A stretch of DNA of 64,000 nt from Klebsormidium nitens (lineage: Eukaryota > Plantae > Klebsormidiophyceae). The stretch spans positions 62,001-126,000 of the forward strand of contig DF236986.1 in the NCBI GenBank assembly GCA_000708835.1, given 5' to 3'. Under the pieces are notes generated by a model. That model saw only the letters and a list, made by a program, of their open reading frames with translations, searched no databases and was not told the DNA's origin. Shown in pieces: positions 22,900 through 37,800 of the stretch (its first letter is position 1; each line of letters begins with the position of its first letter). Both the position numbers and the translations under genes were made by a program.

Positions 22900-25800
22900 G
22901 ACCTGAGACGGGCTCAGTCAAGCTCGATATTTTCTGAAAGCCAGGCACATGTGGAACAATCAATCGGGAACTTCTTTCATGTCGATCAGTACTCTTGTTC
23001 GTGTTGAAAGCGACAGCTACTTTGTGGAGAATAAAAAAGCCTTAACTGCACAATGTACGTAATCAGCTCGTGGCGTTCTGCGGAGCGGAAATGATGACAA
23101 CGCCCTTCATTTGGGCAGTAAGCCGCTCGAACTTACGGAGCGGTTGTCTTGAAGCCAGCTAACAATACTCGAGCGCGTTCCAACTATTCTTGGACCTATG
23201 GTTTGCATGACCAGGTTCTAGTAACTTCAAAGTGAGAGAGAGGTGAAAAAGGAGAAAGCTCTGGTTGTTGATGCAGAAGGAGTCTACGGCAACGGCTGCT
23301 TGGGGGGTATCGTTGGCGGCGCTGATACCAATACCTCGAAGACAGAATCTACCTCTATTGAGTTTCCTTCTGGATTTCTGTGATTCCACCCGTTGATTTT
23401 AAGAATGCGGGTGGAACATTTTGAGACTGATGCTCCGAGGCCCGTCTTTAAGAGCAGCACAAGGTACAGAGTTCCATTCACAGATGACTCTGTCCGCATC
23501 CCCTTCCTGAGTTGCTTAGCGCTACGCAAAGTTCGCGTCCGCTCATTGGTTCATGAAAGGGTCCCGTGGAGTGCAGCAGATGGAAGGACGTGGAATATCA
23601 GCGAGCCGGTGCGCTTCAAAGACAGTCATCTGTATGAATCTACGAAGGACTTAAAACTCTTGCTAGGAATTTGGTTGTTGACAGGTACGGTTGCGCTGCG
23701 GTTTGGGGCTTCCAAATTTTTTGTGGGTTCCAATCAAGCACTGCCCAGGTTGCCCAGATTTACGTTTCAACCCGCGTTGACGGTCGTTCTTGACGAGATT
23801 TCCACCCACGTCGAGCTTTTCTGGACAGCGTAGGGAAAACGAAAAGGGGCTATGATGCAAAACAAATGCTTGATCACCTTGATCAAAAGGGTGCATGTCA
23901 CTCGAGCCGCCCCATACGACCAGGAACGAGAAGATCGAGGAATAAGCTCGCTGGGTCGCTGGAAGGTCTTTTCATGGGAAAATTAAACCGTTCCGCAATG
24001 AATGCTGTTTTGCACTCTAGAATGGATGAAAGTGGGGGGGCAACTCTCCAACGCGCGTGGGCCAAAATCCTGGACTCTTTCAGGCAGGTTTTTGAAACGG
24101 AAGTAGACTTGGATCCAGAATTCTTGGCCGCCTAGACCGAGCGCTTGGTTGTTTCAAATGCAATTTTGTCGATGGACACGCATGCATCTTCTCAACGGCA
24201 ATGACAAGTTTGCTTCCGGTTGGGCTCGTATGCTCAGTAGTCAAAGTGAAGATGCCGTTCAAAGCTGGGGCATTTTCAGACACGCCTCGACCCTTCCGCT
24301 CATCCTCCGTGATGTTTCCATTAGTTCTCCTCATTCTGACTTTCGGGGAATGATTGTTGGCAAACACGGTCTGCTATTTCGTGCATCGCACGCTAATGCT
24401 TTTGAATCCGCATTACCTGCTGAGTGTCTGTGACTATACAACATTGCATGTTTTTCCTGTCCATGCTGCGGCTATTCGCACATTATCCTCAACAAATCTC
24501 GAAAACGCGGCTGTCGATCGGTCACTGAACTCATTCATACGTCTCCGGGGCCCATCTCTCCGACGCTCTCAAATTTGCCGGCCATTGCGTGAGTCTCTTC
24601 TTGGGATGGTCGAGGTCGATGCAGGCCCTTTCTGAGAAACGATGGAACCTTTTCTTACCAAAATAAAAATAGGCTGAAGGCTGTCGGGTTCAAACTCGTC
24701 ATGCCGCTGACCCGCCCACGTACGACAGAATTTTGCGTACTCGAGCGTACCTTCAGTGAAAGCCAATCAGGGCTCCGCGCGAACCGACTAGAGACACGGC
24801 CAGAAAAGTTCCTTCTTGACGTTGGATTGTCTTATATTCACATGCTTCCCTTGCCGGCTTTGAAAATGAGAATTATGTCAAGGAGTTTTCGGGACATGTT
24901 TCCAGCAGCTCAGCCTTGTGCTAGTCTTTGGCGATGACGTCGTGGGCATTTTATGGCGAAAGAGCCATCGTGAAGCAGTGCACATTAGGAGCCAACTTTC
25001 CAGCATAGAAAGACTGTGCTAGGCGTAAAAGCATGAGAGCGCAGTGCACTTATTCGTCGAACGGACACGCGCGTGAGACCTCGGGCTCCCACGATTTGAT
25101 CGAACCGCAGATCTGAAGCCTAGCAACATGGAACGCAACCGTGAGTTCGGACAAACAGCAAGCAGATACTGCCAAATACTTTGTTCGGTCCCAAGCCGCT
25201 GAGACGTTACCATACGGCAACGTTTCTGAAGCACGCGTGTTGCATCGGAAAAGAAAGCAATCACGCAATTTGGCCTGCCTCAAAGAGACTGCAGACATGT
25301 GGGCGGGCAGGGATGAGAAAAGTGGCATGAGCGGTCCACTCAGTGAACTTCAGAAGCCCTCTAAGCCGCCATCTCTAGTTTTTGAGCTTCGTGTGACGGT
25401 GGGCGCTGCGTACAAAAAGAAGGTCATGCGTCTTCGAAAGGGCAATGCGACCTAAAATCCCACGGAGTCGCCATGCGTGGTTCAATGTCGCCTTCGTTAT
25501 GACGAAATCGTCAAAAGCGCCAAGTGGGTCCTCTTAGGCCAGTCCTCTTCAGAATGGCCCAATTGCTACAGTATTAGAGTGAAGCGTGAGACCTCGGTCT
25601 CACTGGCATGACCAGGATCAATATTATACCCGCATATCTGGCGCCGAGCATGTTGGAATGCGAGCGTGTATTTCAGCCGATACTTAAATCTCCGGCTGAA
25701 TAGTCACGCTCGCATTCCAACATGCTCGGCGCCAGATAACCAGGAGATCACTGCCGTTCTTGATCGTTTTTGGCTCGTTTATGGTGAGATCAGTTGTGTT

Positions 25801-28800
25801 CTAGAAGCATTTCTGGAACGAGCCTTCACTTCAGCCGAAAGTTTTGACATGCTCGAAAACTTATAGCAGGTGCGGTTTTAAGAGGGGTAATGAAGGAGGT
25901 GCCAGTTTTGGAGCATCAGCTGCTCCCACTGGCGCTGGGTAATGCGCCTAACTGACGCCGTTTATCAATACTCCTGACTATTTCTATACTCTTCGGACGA
26001 TGCACTTTGTGATATGCAACGAATCTGGTTCGAAAGGGACCTGCCGTTCGAAGGCCACTTTTTCTGTCGAGAACCAGATTGACCTGTAGGTTCTAACAGG
26101 TCATCGTCATGGTCTTTAGCAATGAAAGCCGTGCCACCAATGACTAAGAAGTTTTGAGCCAGGGTTTACTAACATACCAGGGTTTTGTGCGGTTCAGAAT
26201 TCAAGGGCCCAGGACGCTTTTTCGTCAGCTAGACGGACATGGGGCGTGCAAACGCTGAATGACGGATGTAATTTATGACAACCTGAAATGAAAATCCCAT
26301 TGTAGGGCCCGGGCGACCCGCAGCTTGCAGTCTTCACGGTCCAAACGTCCACAACTCGACTTCCGATACGAGACTCTGGTCAAAACGCCACAACCCAGAT
26401 ATGAAGAGTACTTTGGATTGTTTCCTCGCATGACTGGAATCCATTTGGAAGTGGCTGATCAGTCACATGCAGCTCTTGGTCTGAGCCCCCTAGCTGCTAC
26501 GAATCTTACGTCGAAGGATTCCGTCCTAGAATGCTTGCCGATCCACTTTTTCTATTTAGCAGGCCATGAAGATGCCAGCCGTGGGACCCCGGAGTTCCAG
26601 AACAAGGCCCATCGCATGATCTGACGCCCAGCATTATAGAACACAAGTGTGGGACACAACCTGTCGGCAAGCGGGGGTTTTGCGACTAAGTGATCGGTTC
26701 GGTGAAGCTTTTATTGAAGGCAAATTTTTTGTCTGGAGGTCGTCTCTTTGTTCGAACGAAACGATGCGGTCGAAGTGATTTTTACCTTGAAAAGACTGCA
26801 GACTGAAAGTGGGCGGCAGGGATAAGAAATCTCGCCCTGAGCAGTTGGCGCGCTTAGCAAGAGAGATGTGCAACGCCTCGAAGCCGCCATCTCTTATCCT
26901 CGATCACTGTGTCTGTGCGCCGTTTGACCGACTGCTGCTTTTTATCACGTCGAGCCATATCTTTGCGTGCTTCCTAAGTGATAATTCTAAGCTAATGCTG
27001 TAAGGGTGGCCCCCGTCTTTTGCTTTTGCAAGTTTGAAGACGCCAGATTCATATCGTCTGTGTACTCGTGCCCCCGTACGTTGTGCTTCCGGTTCTCTTT
27101 TTAGTACCAGCTTGCTACCGCTGAGTGAACCTCTGGGCTGTTCTGTACTTGCGCAATATCCCGGCGGTACGTTGTGTCAAGGCGATGAAGTGAAAAATGT
27201 ACCCGAGGCTTCGGCCTTAGTACTCCTCTGTTATCATGAAGCCTGAAGCCAAGCAATGGTACAAACAAACAGTATTTTCACCAAAATTACGGTAGTTTTC
27301 ACCGTGCTTTTGTGAGAGCATACGCAGTATGTGTTGTGCAAGAGATTCATGTCAAAGTTTTGGATCAGCTCGGTTCCGTTGCTGTCTGTGAGGCGGAAGT
27401 GATGAGGGGCCAGCCGCTCGGGCAGTCCGCTCGAGTGAAGGGCTAGCCAATGTTTCAGAAGCCGCCCACCAAGCCGCTTGAGCGGTTAAGGGTTCTCCAG
27501 AATCTTCTTTTCGTTCAAAGCTACATCTAGTTTAAAAGAGTTGACAGTGTTGTGAAACACAGCGTCGCTTTGCTTCGATGTTCCTCAAAGAAGTTTACAG
27601 GTGAGGGATGATCGGACAGGGATGATCGGTCAGTACTGCACCGTTACTGAAAGCGTAGCCAGGCTGCATAGTGACCAGCAGTTGCTTCCACGCCTTTGGA
27701 GGAGCACTCTGTCCTGTGGACAGAATATAGAAAAAGCTAAGTTCCGGGCACCTTCAAACATCTCTCTCTCTCTCTTGATAAAACTGGCACCCAACTTGCA
27801 GCAAGCAGCAAATCTGGAGGACCGTCTTATGCTACTATTTTGATTTAATGTATTGGCAGACCTGCAGTCCATTTCATAGGCAATGACGACAAGTCCGTTT
27901 CGTTGAGCATGCAAAACGCTCAAGTGCACCCTGCATCCTGTGACCTAAAGCACCTGATCTACGAAAAGCACTCAACCCGTTCGCCGCGCGAATTGTCAAA
28001 TCGTGCGGCTCTTTATGCTTTCTCGCTCGTTTTTGTGAGACTGTCCGAAACGCATTTGAAAAGAGCCTTTATTACAGCCGAAATTTCTGATCTGCTCGAA
28101 GGGTTGATTCGGTTGCTTTTATAAGGGCGGTAATGAAGAAGCTAGGTGCCAATTATGGGCAGCCTGCGGCCCAGGGGGTTGAAGGAAGGATCCAAACTGA
28201 TGCCGATTGATTGATACGAGTCTTGATTGTTTCAGTAGTATTTGGACCAATGATGTTGTGACAAGCAATGAATCTGGTTAAAGGGGACCTCCCGTTTCAA
28301 TCGAAGGCGATTTTTTTCTGTCGAGGAATCGTTGACTTGTTCGAAACGCTTATCCTTTGGCATGATCTTTAGCAATAAAAGCAGTGCGTTCTGGGTATCG
28401 GATAGGCACCAACGAAGAAGACGATTCGAGCCAGCCTTCAAAAACAAACCAGATTCTTTGTTCTGTGAAATGTTTGAGTGCCCAGGAGGCCGGTATCGTT
28501 ATTAGACGGACACGGCACAAAGGGTTGATGTTGGATATACGGTATATACTTGCTACGACAACCTGAAACTACCATTTTTCAGTAGGGAGGCGATCCGCAG
28601 CTTGCAGTAACTACGGTTCAAATATCCACGACTCAACTTGCAACACGACAACCTGGTCAAAACTCCACGACCTAGATTTGAAGAACTTGAACGGTTTTTC
28701 TCGCGTGACTGGATTCTTTCTGGAAGTGCCAGATCAGACACATGCTTTTGCTTTGAACGCATGGCTGCCTACGAATGTTACTTCGAAGGATTGATCTGCC

Positions 28801-31800
28801 CGAGCATGCTCGCCGACCCACTTTTCCTATTTAGCAGGCCATGAAGATGCCAGCCGTGAGACCTCCGGGTCCCAGTGAAAATCCCATCGCAAATTTGACG
28901 CCAAGCATCATGCAACGCAAGCGTGGGTTACAAACAGTTGGCAAGCGGGTGCTTTGTAACTACATGATCGGTCGGTGAGGCTCGATTAAAGGCAACTGGC
29001 CTGGAGCACGTGTCTTAGTTCGAATGAGAGTGCGGAGTATTCTCTGCCCTGAAAAGACCGCAGACACGTGGGCGGCAGGGATGAGGATTTTGATCCTAAG
29101 CAGTCGGCGCGCTTAGTAAAAGATGTGCAACGCCTTGAAGCCGCTATCTCTGACCTTTAATCATGTGTCTGTGCGACGTGGATCACAATTGTTGGTAACG
29201 TCGAGCCAGATCTTTACAAACTCCCTAGCTATAAGTATCAAACGTAGGCTACCGCTGTACGAAAGGGAGGACGCGGTATAACGGGAGGTAATGAAGAAGG
29301 TGCCAATTTTGGGCAGTCTGCGTCCCATGGGAGTGAAGGATCCAAGCTGCTGCCGATCACTTAACAAGAGTCTTGATTTTTCCATTGATCTTCGGACCGA
29401 TGATCTTTGTGACAAGCAATGAATTCGATTAGAAGGGACTTGCCGTTTCGGAGACACTTTTTCGATCGAGGACTTCAATGAAGTTTTTCCGTTATAAGCT
29501 TAACGTTATAACAGTCTCTGGCGATGAAGCGGTGCCTTCTGGCGAAAGATCCATCGAGGAAATAGAAGAGTTCGAGTTAGCATTCACCGACATATCAGAA
29601 CCTTTGTTCCGCTTAGGATACAAGGGCCCAGAACGCCTAACCGTCTAACGTACACGCTTACTGATGGGTACCATCTGAAAACCTGAGACTAGCAGATTAT
29701 GATTAGTGGTGACGCGACCGTACCTGCAACTTGCAGCAGTATCCGGTCCACACGTCCACGACCTCCAATATGAAACCCTGATCAGACGCCATGATCCAGA
29801 CTTGGAGACGTTGGAAAACTTCTCTGCGTAACAACCGATTTTGCGCAAAGGTGCCGTAGCTGATCAGGCACATGCTCGTGCTTCGAGCCCGCTTTTGCCT
29901 ATAAATGTTGATTCCAAAGACGTCTGCCTTAGCATGATCGCCGATCCACTTTTTCCATGCACAGTCATGGGGGAGCCAGCCGTGGGACCTTGGGTTCCCA
30001 TTCGACTATCAGCTTGAGACCTGACGCCGAGCAACACGGAAAGCTAGCGCGGGATTCAGGCCGTTGTCAAGCAGGTACTTTTGAACCCCTTCCTCGGTCC
30101 GCTCAGGCGTTACCATACGGCAACGTTTTTGGAGCAAGCGTGTTGAATTGGGAAATGAAGCAATCAGAAGATTGGCCAGCTTCAGAGAGACTGCAGTCAC
30201 GTGGGCGGGCATGGATGAGAACCGTCGCATGAGCAGTCCGCTCATTTGAGCAGCCTCCTCTCAGCCTTAGTAAGATTTGTGTGATTGTGAGCGCTTCTTG
30301 CAAAAAGAAGTTCATTCTTTCGGAAGGGCATGTGACGTACCGGTCTGACTTTGACTGAGTCGCCATGTGTACTTTGACGTCTCCGCAGAAAATTCATCAA
30401 TCGGAAGCGCGCAAGTCCTCTCAGGCCACCGATTCTGATACAGACTGGCTTTGATTCGTAGAACTTCGAGAAAAGGTACGACTCGGTCTCACTGGCAAGA
30501 ACAGGATCATCCGCAAATCTGGCGCCGAGCATGTTCGACTGCAAGTGTGGAATTTCAGCCTATCGACAAGCAGCCGGACCTGAATTTCGTGTTGGATCTG
30601 GTGAGGCTACGACTTAATAGAACGTGTCCAGCGCTCGCGTCTTGGTTCGAACGAAGAAAAGGTCGCGGGGACGTTCATGCTAGCGCTGCCTTGTAAGTTG
30701 CAGTGACTGCGGACGTGACGTGGCGGCAGGGATGAGAACCTTGGCCTGAGCAGCCCGCTCAGTGAGAACCTGCCGCACCTCTAAGCCGCCATCTTTGGCC
30801 CTTGAGTCTAATTATGTGTCTGCGAGCCATTTGACTGCTGCTGTTTGTCACGTCGAGCCAGATCTTGCAAGCCTCCAAAGCGTCGTTTCTGGGCTCCTAA
30901 TCTTCTTAGTTGCGGGCCGCACCCTCTTCGACTTTCGGGATTTCGAGAACGTCAGAGCCGGAGTATCCGTCCTTTTATGCCCCCAGAAGTTCCATCCACG
31001 TGCAGTCTATTCCCCGTGCCTGAGTAATGCTATGATTGACATTTCATGGAGCTGCCTGTGCTCCTCCTTATTTTCGGCCGTCATGCTGTGTCAAGGCGAT
31101 GAAGTAAGCACTTCAGCTGAGGCTTCGGACTCAGTAGTAGAGTGTTGACGTTGATCTGAAAGCCAGGCGAATAGAAAGAAGCGGCTTTGTCAAACGATCA
31201 GTAGAACTAGTACTGCCGGTCTCGATCGTTTTTGGCCTTTCTATGGTGAGATCAGTTGTCTTCAAGACGCCGTTTTGGAAAGAGCCTTCACTGCAGCCGG
31301 AAGTTTTGACATGCTTGAAAGCTTGTAACAATCTGCGCTTCAAGGGCGGTTAAAGAAGGTGCCAGTTTCGGCATCAGAGTTGGTCACTGGAACTGGGAAT
31401 GCGCCTAACTGACGCCGGTTATCAAGACTCTTGACTATTATTCTGTTCTTTGGACCAATGCTCTTTGTGACACGCAATGAATCTAGTTCGAGAGGACCTC
31501 CCGTTTTGAAGGCCATTTCTTCTTGAGGACTTTGTTGACCTGTTCTGACAGCTCATCGGTTGGATGGTCTTTGGCAATGAAAGCGGTGCGTTTTGGAAAA
31601 CGAGCATCAGCGAAGAAGACGGTCCGAGCCAGAACTCACAAGCATTAACAAAAATACCAAGATCTTCGTTCTGCGAACAAGTTCGAGGGCCCAGGTCGCC
31701 TGTATATATCGTTAGACGGGCACGGCGCAAGCGGACATTTTGACAGTTTGACATGCATTTGCCATGACAAACTGAAACTAACATTCCATCATTGTAGGGG

Positions 31801-34800
31801 GGCCCCCCGCAGGTTGCAGTATCACAATACAAACGTCCACGACTAGACGTCCAATCTGGGGTGCTAGCCAAAACGCCAGAATTCAGGTTTGGAGAACCTT
31901 GGATGTTTTTCTTGCGTGACTGCATTTCGTCTGGAAGGGCGTGATCAGACACAAACTCTTGTTCGAGTCCGCAGCCGCTACCAAAGTTACGTCGAAGTCT
32001 TCTGTTCTAGTATGCTTGTCGATCCACTTTGTCTATTTAGCAAGGCCATGAAGATGCCAGCCGGGGGACCCCGGGGTTCCAGAACAAGGCCCATCGCATA
32101 ATCTGATGCCAAGCATTCTGGAACACAGGTGTGGGATACAGGCTGTCGGCAAGCGGGTGTTTTGCGACTGCGTAATCGGTCCGGTGAGGCCTTTTCTGAC
32201 CGCATAATTTTATTGTCTGAAGCACGCCTCTTGGTTCGAACGAAACGTCGTTGCTAACTTTTCTCTGTCCTGAAGAGACTACAGACTTCATGCGATGATG
32301 AGGAATCTGGCCCTAAGCAGTTGGCGCGTTTCGCCAGAGATGGGCGACGCCTCGACGCCGCCATTTCTGAGCCTCCATATGTGTCTGTGCGCCGTTCGAC
32401 TACAGATGTTCCTCACTTCGACCCAGATCTTTACGTGCTTCCTGAGTAGTAATTCTATGCTAATGCTGTAACGGTGGCCTCCGTCTTTCGCTTTTGCAAG
32501 TTTGAAGACGCCAGAATCATATCGTCTGCACGTACTCCGAGTCGTGCCCCCGTACGTTCTGCTTCCGGTTCTCTTCTCAGTTCCTCGCTATTGCTGAGTG
32601 GGCTTCTGAGCTGTCTGTACTTGCGCATCCCGGCCCGGGTTGAGCTTTGTCGAGGCGATGAAGTGGACAATGAACCCGAGGCTTCGGCCTTTATAGTAAT
32701 CCTCTTTTGTCCTGAAGCCTGAAATCCAGATCAGAAGTTAAAACAAACGACTTTCGAAACAGCTAATGCTAGTTGTCCTCATTCTCACTCGCGTTTGTGA
32801 GAGCGTACGGAGTCTGCCTGGCAAGCGAGCCACTTCAGAGCTTGGAATCAGCTGCACGATTCAGTCGCGGTCTGCGCGCGGAAATGATGAGGGTCCAGCG
32901 GCTCGGGCAGCCCTGCCCGCTCGATTCAGAAAGCACGACACGCTGAGCATCTCCTACCCAAGCAGCTTGAGCATATCAGAAAATCTTCTGATCGAGCACT
33001 ATTTTCCTCACAAGCTTCCCGTAAAGAAGTCTACAGGCCAGGGCTGATTGAACTGTACTAGTTCTTGACGGCGTACCCACGCTGCGTAGAAACCAGCAAT
33101 TGCTTCCACGACGTCTTTGGAAGAGCACCGTGTCCTGTGGATGGAATACAGAAAATAAGCGTGTGGTCAGCTCTGCAAACCTCCTCTGTAATCCTGAATC
33201 GAACCCACTTCGAAGCCGGCAGAATACCTGGAGGACCGTATTATGCCACTAGCTGTTTGGTTTCATGAAGAGGGAAAATGGTATTTCATTTGATGGGCTA
33301 TGAAAACAATACCCATTCTCTGAGCATTGGAAACGCTCAAGTGCTTCTAGTAGTTGGTGACCTGAAGCCCTAGTCTAATAACAGCAATGTACCCGTTCTC
33401 GAAAATGGTTAGAAATTGCTGGTACGAGTGTTATCTTCGTGACCGCCAGAGAACTCAGAGAGGTGGCTTTTCCTAAGCTTTGAGACCATCTGCAACTGGT
33501 ATGCCCCTCTCAAGTGGGCGAGGAACTTACTCGCAATAGCGCAAGGTAAATGAGAACCAGAATCTCGGGAGCATCGGTAGATCGACTTCGGCTGGCAATC
33601 TGGTCTCCAAGAAACGACCAGTTCTTGTCGCGACGAGCCGTCGACCACTTGCTTTCTGTCACGTTGACCAGTTCTCGCAAGGCTCCTGAGTGATACCTTT
33701 AGGCTATTGCTGCACTGAATTACAGCGGCTCCCTACTTCAACTTCCGGACTTCGAAGACGCCAGAGACATCTTGAACTCTGTCCATTTGGATCCCCATTC
33801 GTTCCGTTTCCTCTTCTTACCCGTGCATTGATTATGCTGAGTTGGATTCTGAGATGTATGTGCTTGCGCATTCTGCCCGTTAAGCTGTGGTATGGCGATG
33901 AAGTGGGTGATTCAGCTGAGGCTTTGGACCTAGGCAAGCCAGCGATCCGAAAGCCATGCGACCGGAAAGACGTGATTGGTCAAAACAACTACTGCCGTCT
34001 TTTATGTCTCTGGCTTGTCTGTCGTGAGCGTGTCGAATCGAAACGTGTGAAAAAGGCCTTCGATGCAGCCAATGATAAATTCTGATAAGCTCGAAGGTGC
34101 ATATCAGTTGCGGGTTACAGGACGGTGAGGAAGAAGGTGCCAACTTTGGGCATGAGCTGTGGCCCACTGGAGCTGAGTAATTGATGCGCCGAACTGACGC
34201 CGCTTATCGACGCTCTTGATTATTTATGTATTCTTCGGACCGGTGCTCTTTGTGAGACGCAACGAGTCCGCTTCGAGGGGACCTCCCGTTCCGGATTCAT
34301 TTTCTCGTCGAGGACTTTGTTGACCTATTCGAACAGCTTATCGTTTGGCAGGGTCTCTGGCAATGAAAGCAGTGCGTTCCGGAAGAGAGCCAGCAGCGGG
34401 TAAAACGGTTCGAGCCAGCACTCACCAACATACCAAAACCCTTTCTTCGGTTCGAAGCTCTGAGGGCTGCCAAGTACGCCGGTTCCGTTGGACGGACACG
34501 GCGCGAACTTTTGATTACGCGTAGCGTTCTTGACGATCTGTAACTGGCCTCGTTGCAAGTAGAGACCCGACCTGCTGCTGAACGTCGTCGAAGGTTCACA
34601 ACTGCAATTTTCAAAGCGTTTCCCACAAGAAAAGGGTTTGTACCTGGTCAGAACGCCACAGTACAGAATCCAAGAAATTCGGATCCTTTATTGTTGTGAA
34701 CCGCTTGAGAGCGCTTGATAAGACACACGCTCTCGATTGAAGCCCGTTATCTGTTGCTTACGATTTCCTTGTCGAAGAATGCGGTAGCATGCTCGCCGCC

Positions 34801-37800
34801 TGACTGAAACAATGATTCAGGCCATGAAGGAGCCAAGTTGTGACCTAGGGTGCACAGATGAAGTACCCCTCTCTGACGCCGAGCAATTCTCGGCAATCCG
34901 TGAAGTCTAAAACAGCCTTTTGATACGCAAAACTTCTTTTACTAGATACTTTGTTTTATGATCAGGCTTCACCATAAGAACGCTTGTCTGGAGTACGCCT
35001 CCTGCTTTCAGAGTGCTCACGAAGTTCGGCCTGCGTTAAAGAGACCACAGGCACGTGGGCGGCAAGGATGGAAAATCTGGCCTGAGCGGCGGGGCCCCGT
35101 TCCAGCTGTGGGCGCGTCAGTTTTTAAGCCGCCACCACCCGTGACGGATTCTTGAGTTTCAGCCCAAGGATATCGTTGTACCAATTTTCTAAATTAAGAT
35201 CCGTACAGGGGATACCGGACGGGAACAGGTCTCGTACTTTGCCTTGAAACGATCTGGCGATGCTGACACTCATGTGGTTTGAGAAAACCCACTGCTCTCG
35301 CTTTTTCCCGTGTACCTGAAGCCAGGCTGAAGCAAGAACGTTTAAAAGGACGCTTTTCCCAGGAACTGATGCAGGCGTATCAAAGTTGTCTGCGGGCTTG
35401 CTTTGAACGGGATTCCCAGGGCACGACTGATTCTATACTGAGGCGGCCGAAGAGGCGGCCCCATGATTTCTCAAGATCCATCAGTTGCCTGGACTTCTGA
35501 TAGAAGTTGCCTGGACTTGTGGCATTCACTTTTGATGTGATGGCAATGATGGATGATCTCTCGATGAGATTAGAGACTATCTCAGAGAAGCCTGTCTTCA
35601 TTAAATTGCCGTGAGCCACACTTTCAATCGACGTTTCAAGGGGTTGTCGGTCGGTGGGAACCCCCCAGCTTACGGTGCAAGTGAGGCGAGGTGAATTCAA
35701 CGGGCCGGAAGGCGTTCTCTTCGCATGAGGGTCTGTCACGTGAATCGAAGACACATGGGGTTTGCTTCTTGAAGTTCTTGATGGCAGGCTGTTCCACTTT
35801 TGAGACGGCTAGCGCTGATTACAGGACTGACTACAGCGACTTTGTTTAAGAAATCGAAATTACTTGACATATCAGCGGACGTTTTACACGGATAATCCTT
35901 GCGGGCCCTGTCTTCAACGTGCCTCCAATGTGTTCTGACGGCTTTCCTTCTTGGATGACAAAATACAAGGAACTAGTCTGCTCCAATAGGGGCGCAAACC
36001 AAACAATGGCGAGCCAGCCGCCTTCATATCGACGTCAATACGCACCGCGCGAGTCCTTGCCTCTCAAAACCTTACAAAGAGGCCTTTCCAATTGAAAGCT
36101 TTCCAAAGTTACTCACAGTAGACCTTTTCGGAGACTCAAAGTAGATCGCCCAGAGGCTTCAAAGCAGAACTCAACACGTCGCCTTATGATCGTTGCGCTT
36201 CCGGCCCTTCAGAATGAAGAGAAAACTGTTGAGAAACTTGAGTTCGAAGTTGCGATGCTGACACTGTTCGTGACAAGCGGGTGAACAGGTTTATGAAGCA
36301 TGCGAAAGTTCCCCTTTCCGAAGTCAATGTGCATCCTTTGGACCAGAGTTGTGCGACGGCTAGGATGGACTGATGAACGAGCGACTCGCTCACTTGATTG
36401 GTGAAACTCTGATCAGCCACAGAAGTCGGAAAAGCTATGCTAATCTCTGAAAATAAGCAGGCTAGTGATTCATCTCGTGACCCCCTTTGAAAAGCATGCC
36501 AATCGGTGGCCGGGAAAAGAAGATGCTCCTCCCGAACGCCCTCAGAATCGCGCGCGCGCGCCTGCAGCTCGCGCAGGAGATTTGGTAGCTAAGCAGGCTG
36601 GTTACCAAATTGACTCTCGGGTTTCCGGACAAATTACCGGCCTTTTCTTCTTTTCAAGGCTGGTTACCGCCCGAGCCTGGTAATATCGGACAATTCACCA
36701 GTTTTAAATCAGCCCATAGCCAGCCCATGACCATTCAATTCCAGGGACCAAAATTAACTGTGCGCTGCTTGCAGAGACCATCCTGCCGCTCAAAATCGCC
36801 GGTCGTCTCTCAATTTGGAAATGAGGCTCTCGGGGCGGCTCAACACACACGACTTTCAGTTGGGCTAAGCCGCTTCCTCGACATCTGATGATCCTCAGTA
36901 CCAGGTAATTTGTTTCTACTGATCCCACGACTCGCCTTCTGTCAAAAAGCGTGGGTCAAACCGCTGCGGACTCGGATCCAAAACACGAAAACTTTGGATG
37001 CCTTCTCATTTGAGTTCTTTCCTTTTAGTTAGACTGCATGATCAAACAATCGCTTTCGGTTTAATGCGCTGTTGCCTACGCAAGAAGTCAGAAGCTTGCT
37101 CGCAAGTCCATCGAGTCCATGCCGGCCATGAAGGTGCCAACTTGTGACGAAAGATTCACACGAAAGTACCCACTGGAAGATCTGAGGCCGAGCAAGATGG
37201 AACGCAAGCATGGTTTGTCAGCAACCAGAATTCGATCTGTGAGACGTCAGCACTGGCACAACTATAGAAGGAAGTTAAAACCACAGGAGCACGCATCCTG
37301 ATCCCTGATCCTAGCGAACCATTCACGACGATTGGCTTGCCTTCGAGTGACTGGAGGCATGTTGGCGGCAGAGATGAGAACTCAATCAGGAGTAATCCGC
37401 TCACGTTTCTGTCGAAATCTGAAACCTAGAAGCCGCCATTTCCAACCCTTCAAGATCGAGAGCTTCAGGTTAAAGTCTGTTGACAATGTCAGAGCACTGC
37501 GTACAAGTAGACGGAGAAATTGAATCGGCAGCTGCGTGCAGGCCGTCCTTCGTAGGCCGCGAGAATGTTGACTTCTCAAATTGCCAAGCTGTAACCTAAA
37601 ATTCAGAAGAGCAGATCGTACACCGGAGGAGTGGGATAGATCGCAAGTCATGTGAAGCCCAGGCTGTCGATCATGCAGGCGTTCCCCATGATCTATTCGG
37701 CGAGACGTTACAAAAACCTCATCGCATCGGGAGCACACGCGCATCTTGGTTAGAAAGAGATACTGTGAGGTTTGATCGCCCTTGAAGGGAAAGCCGACAC

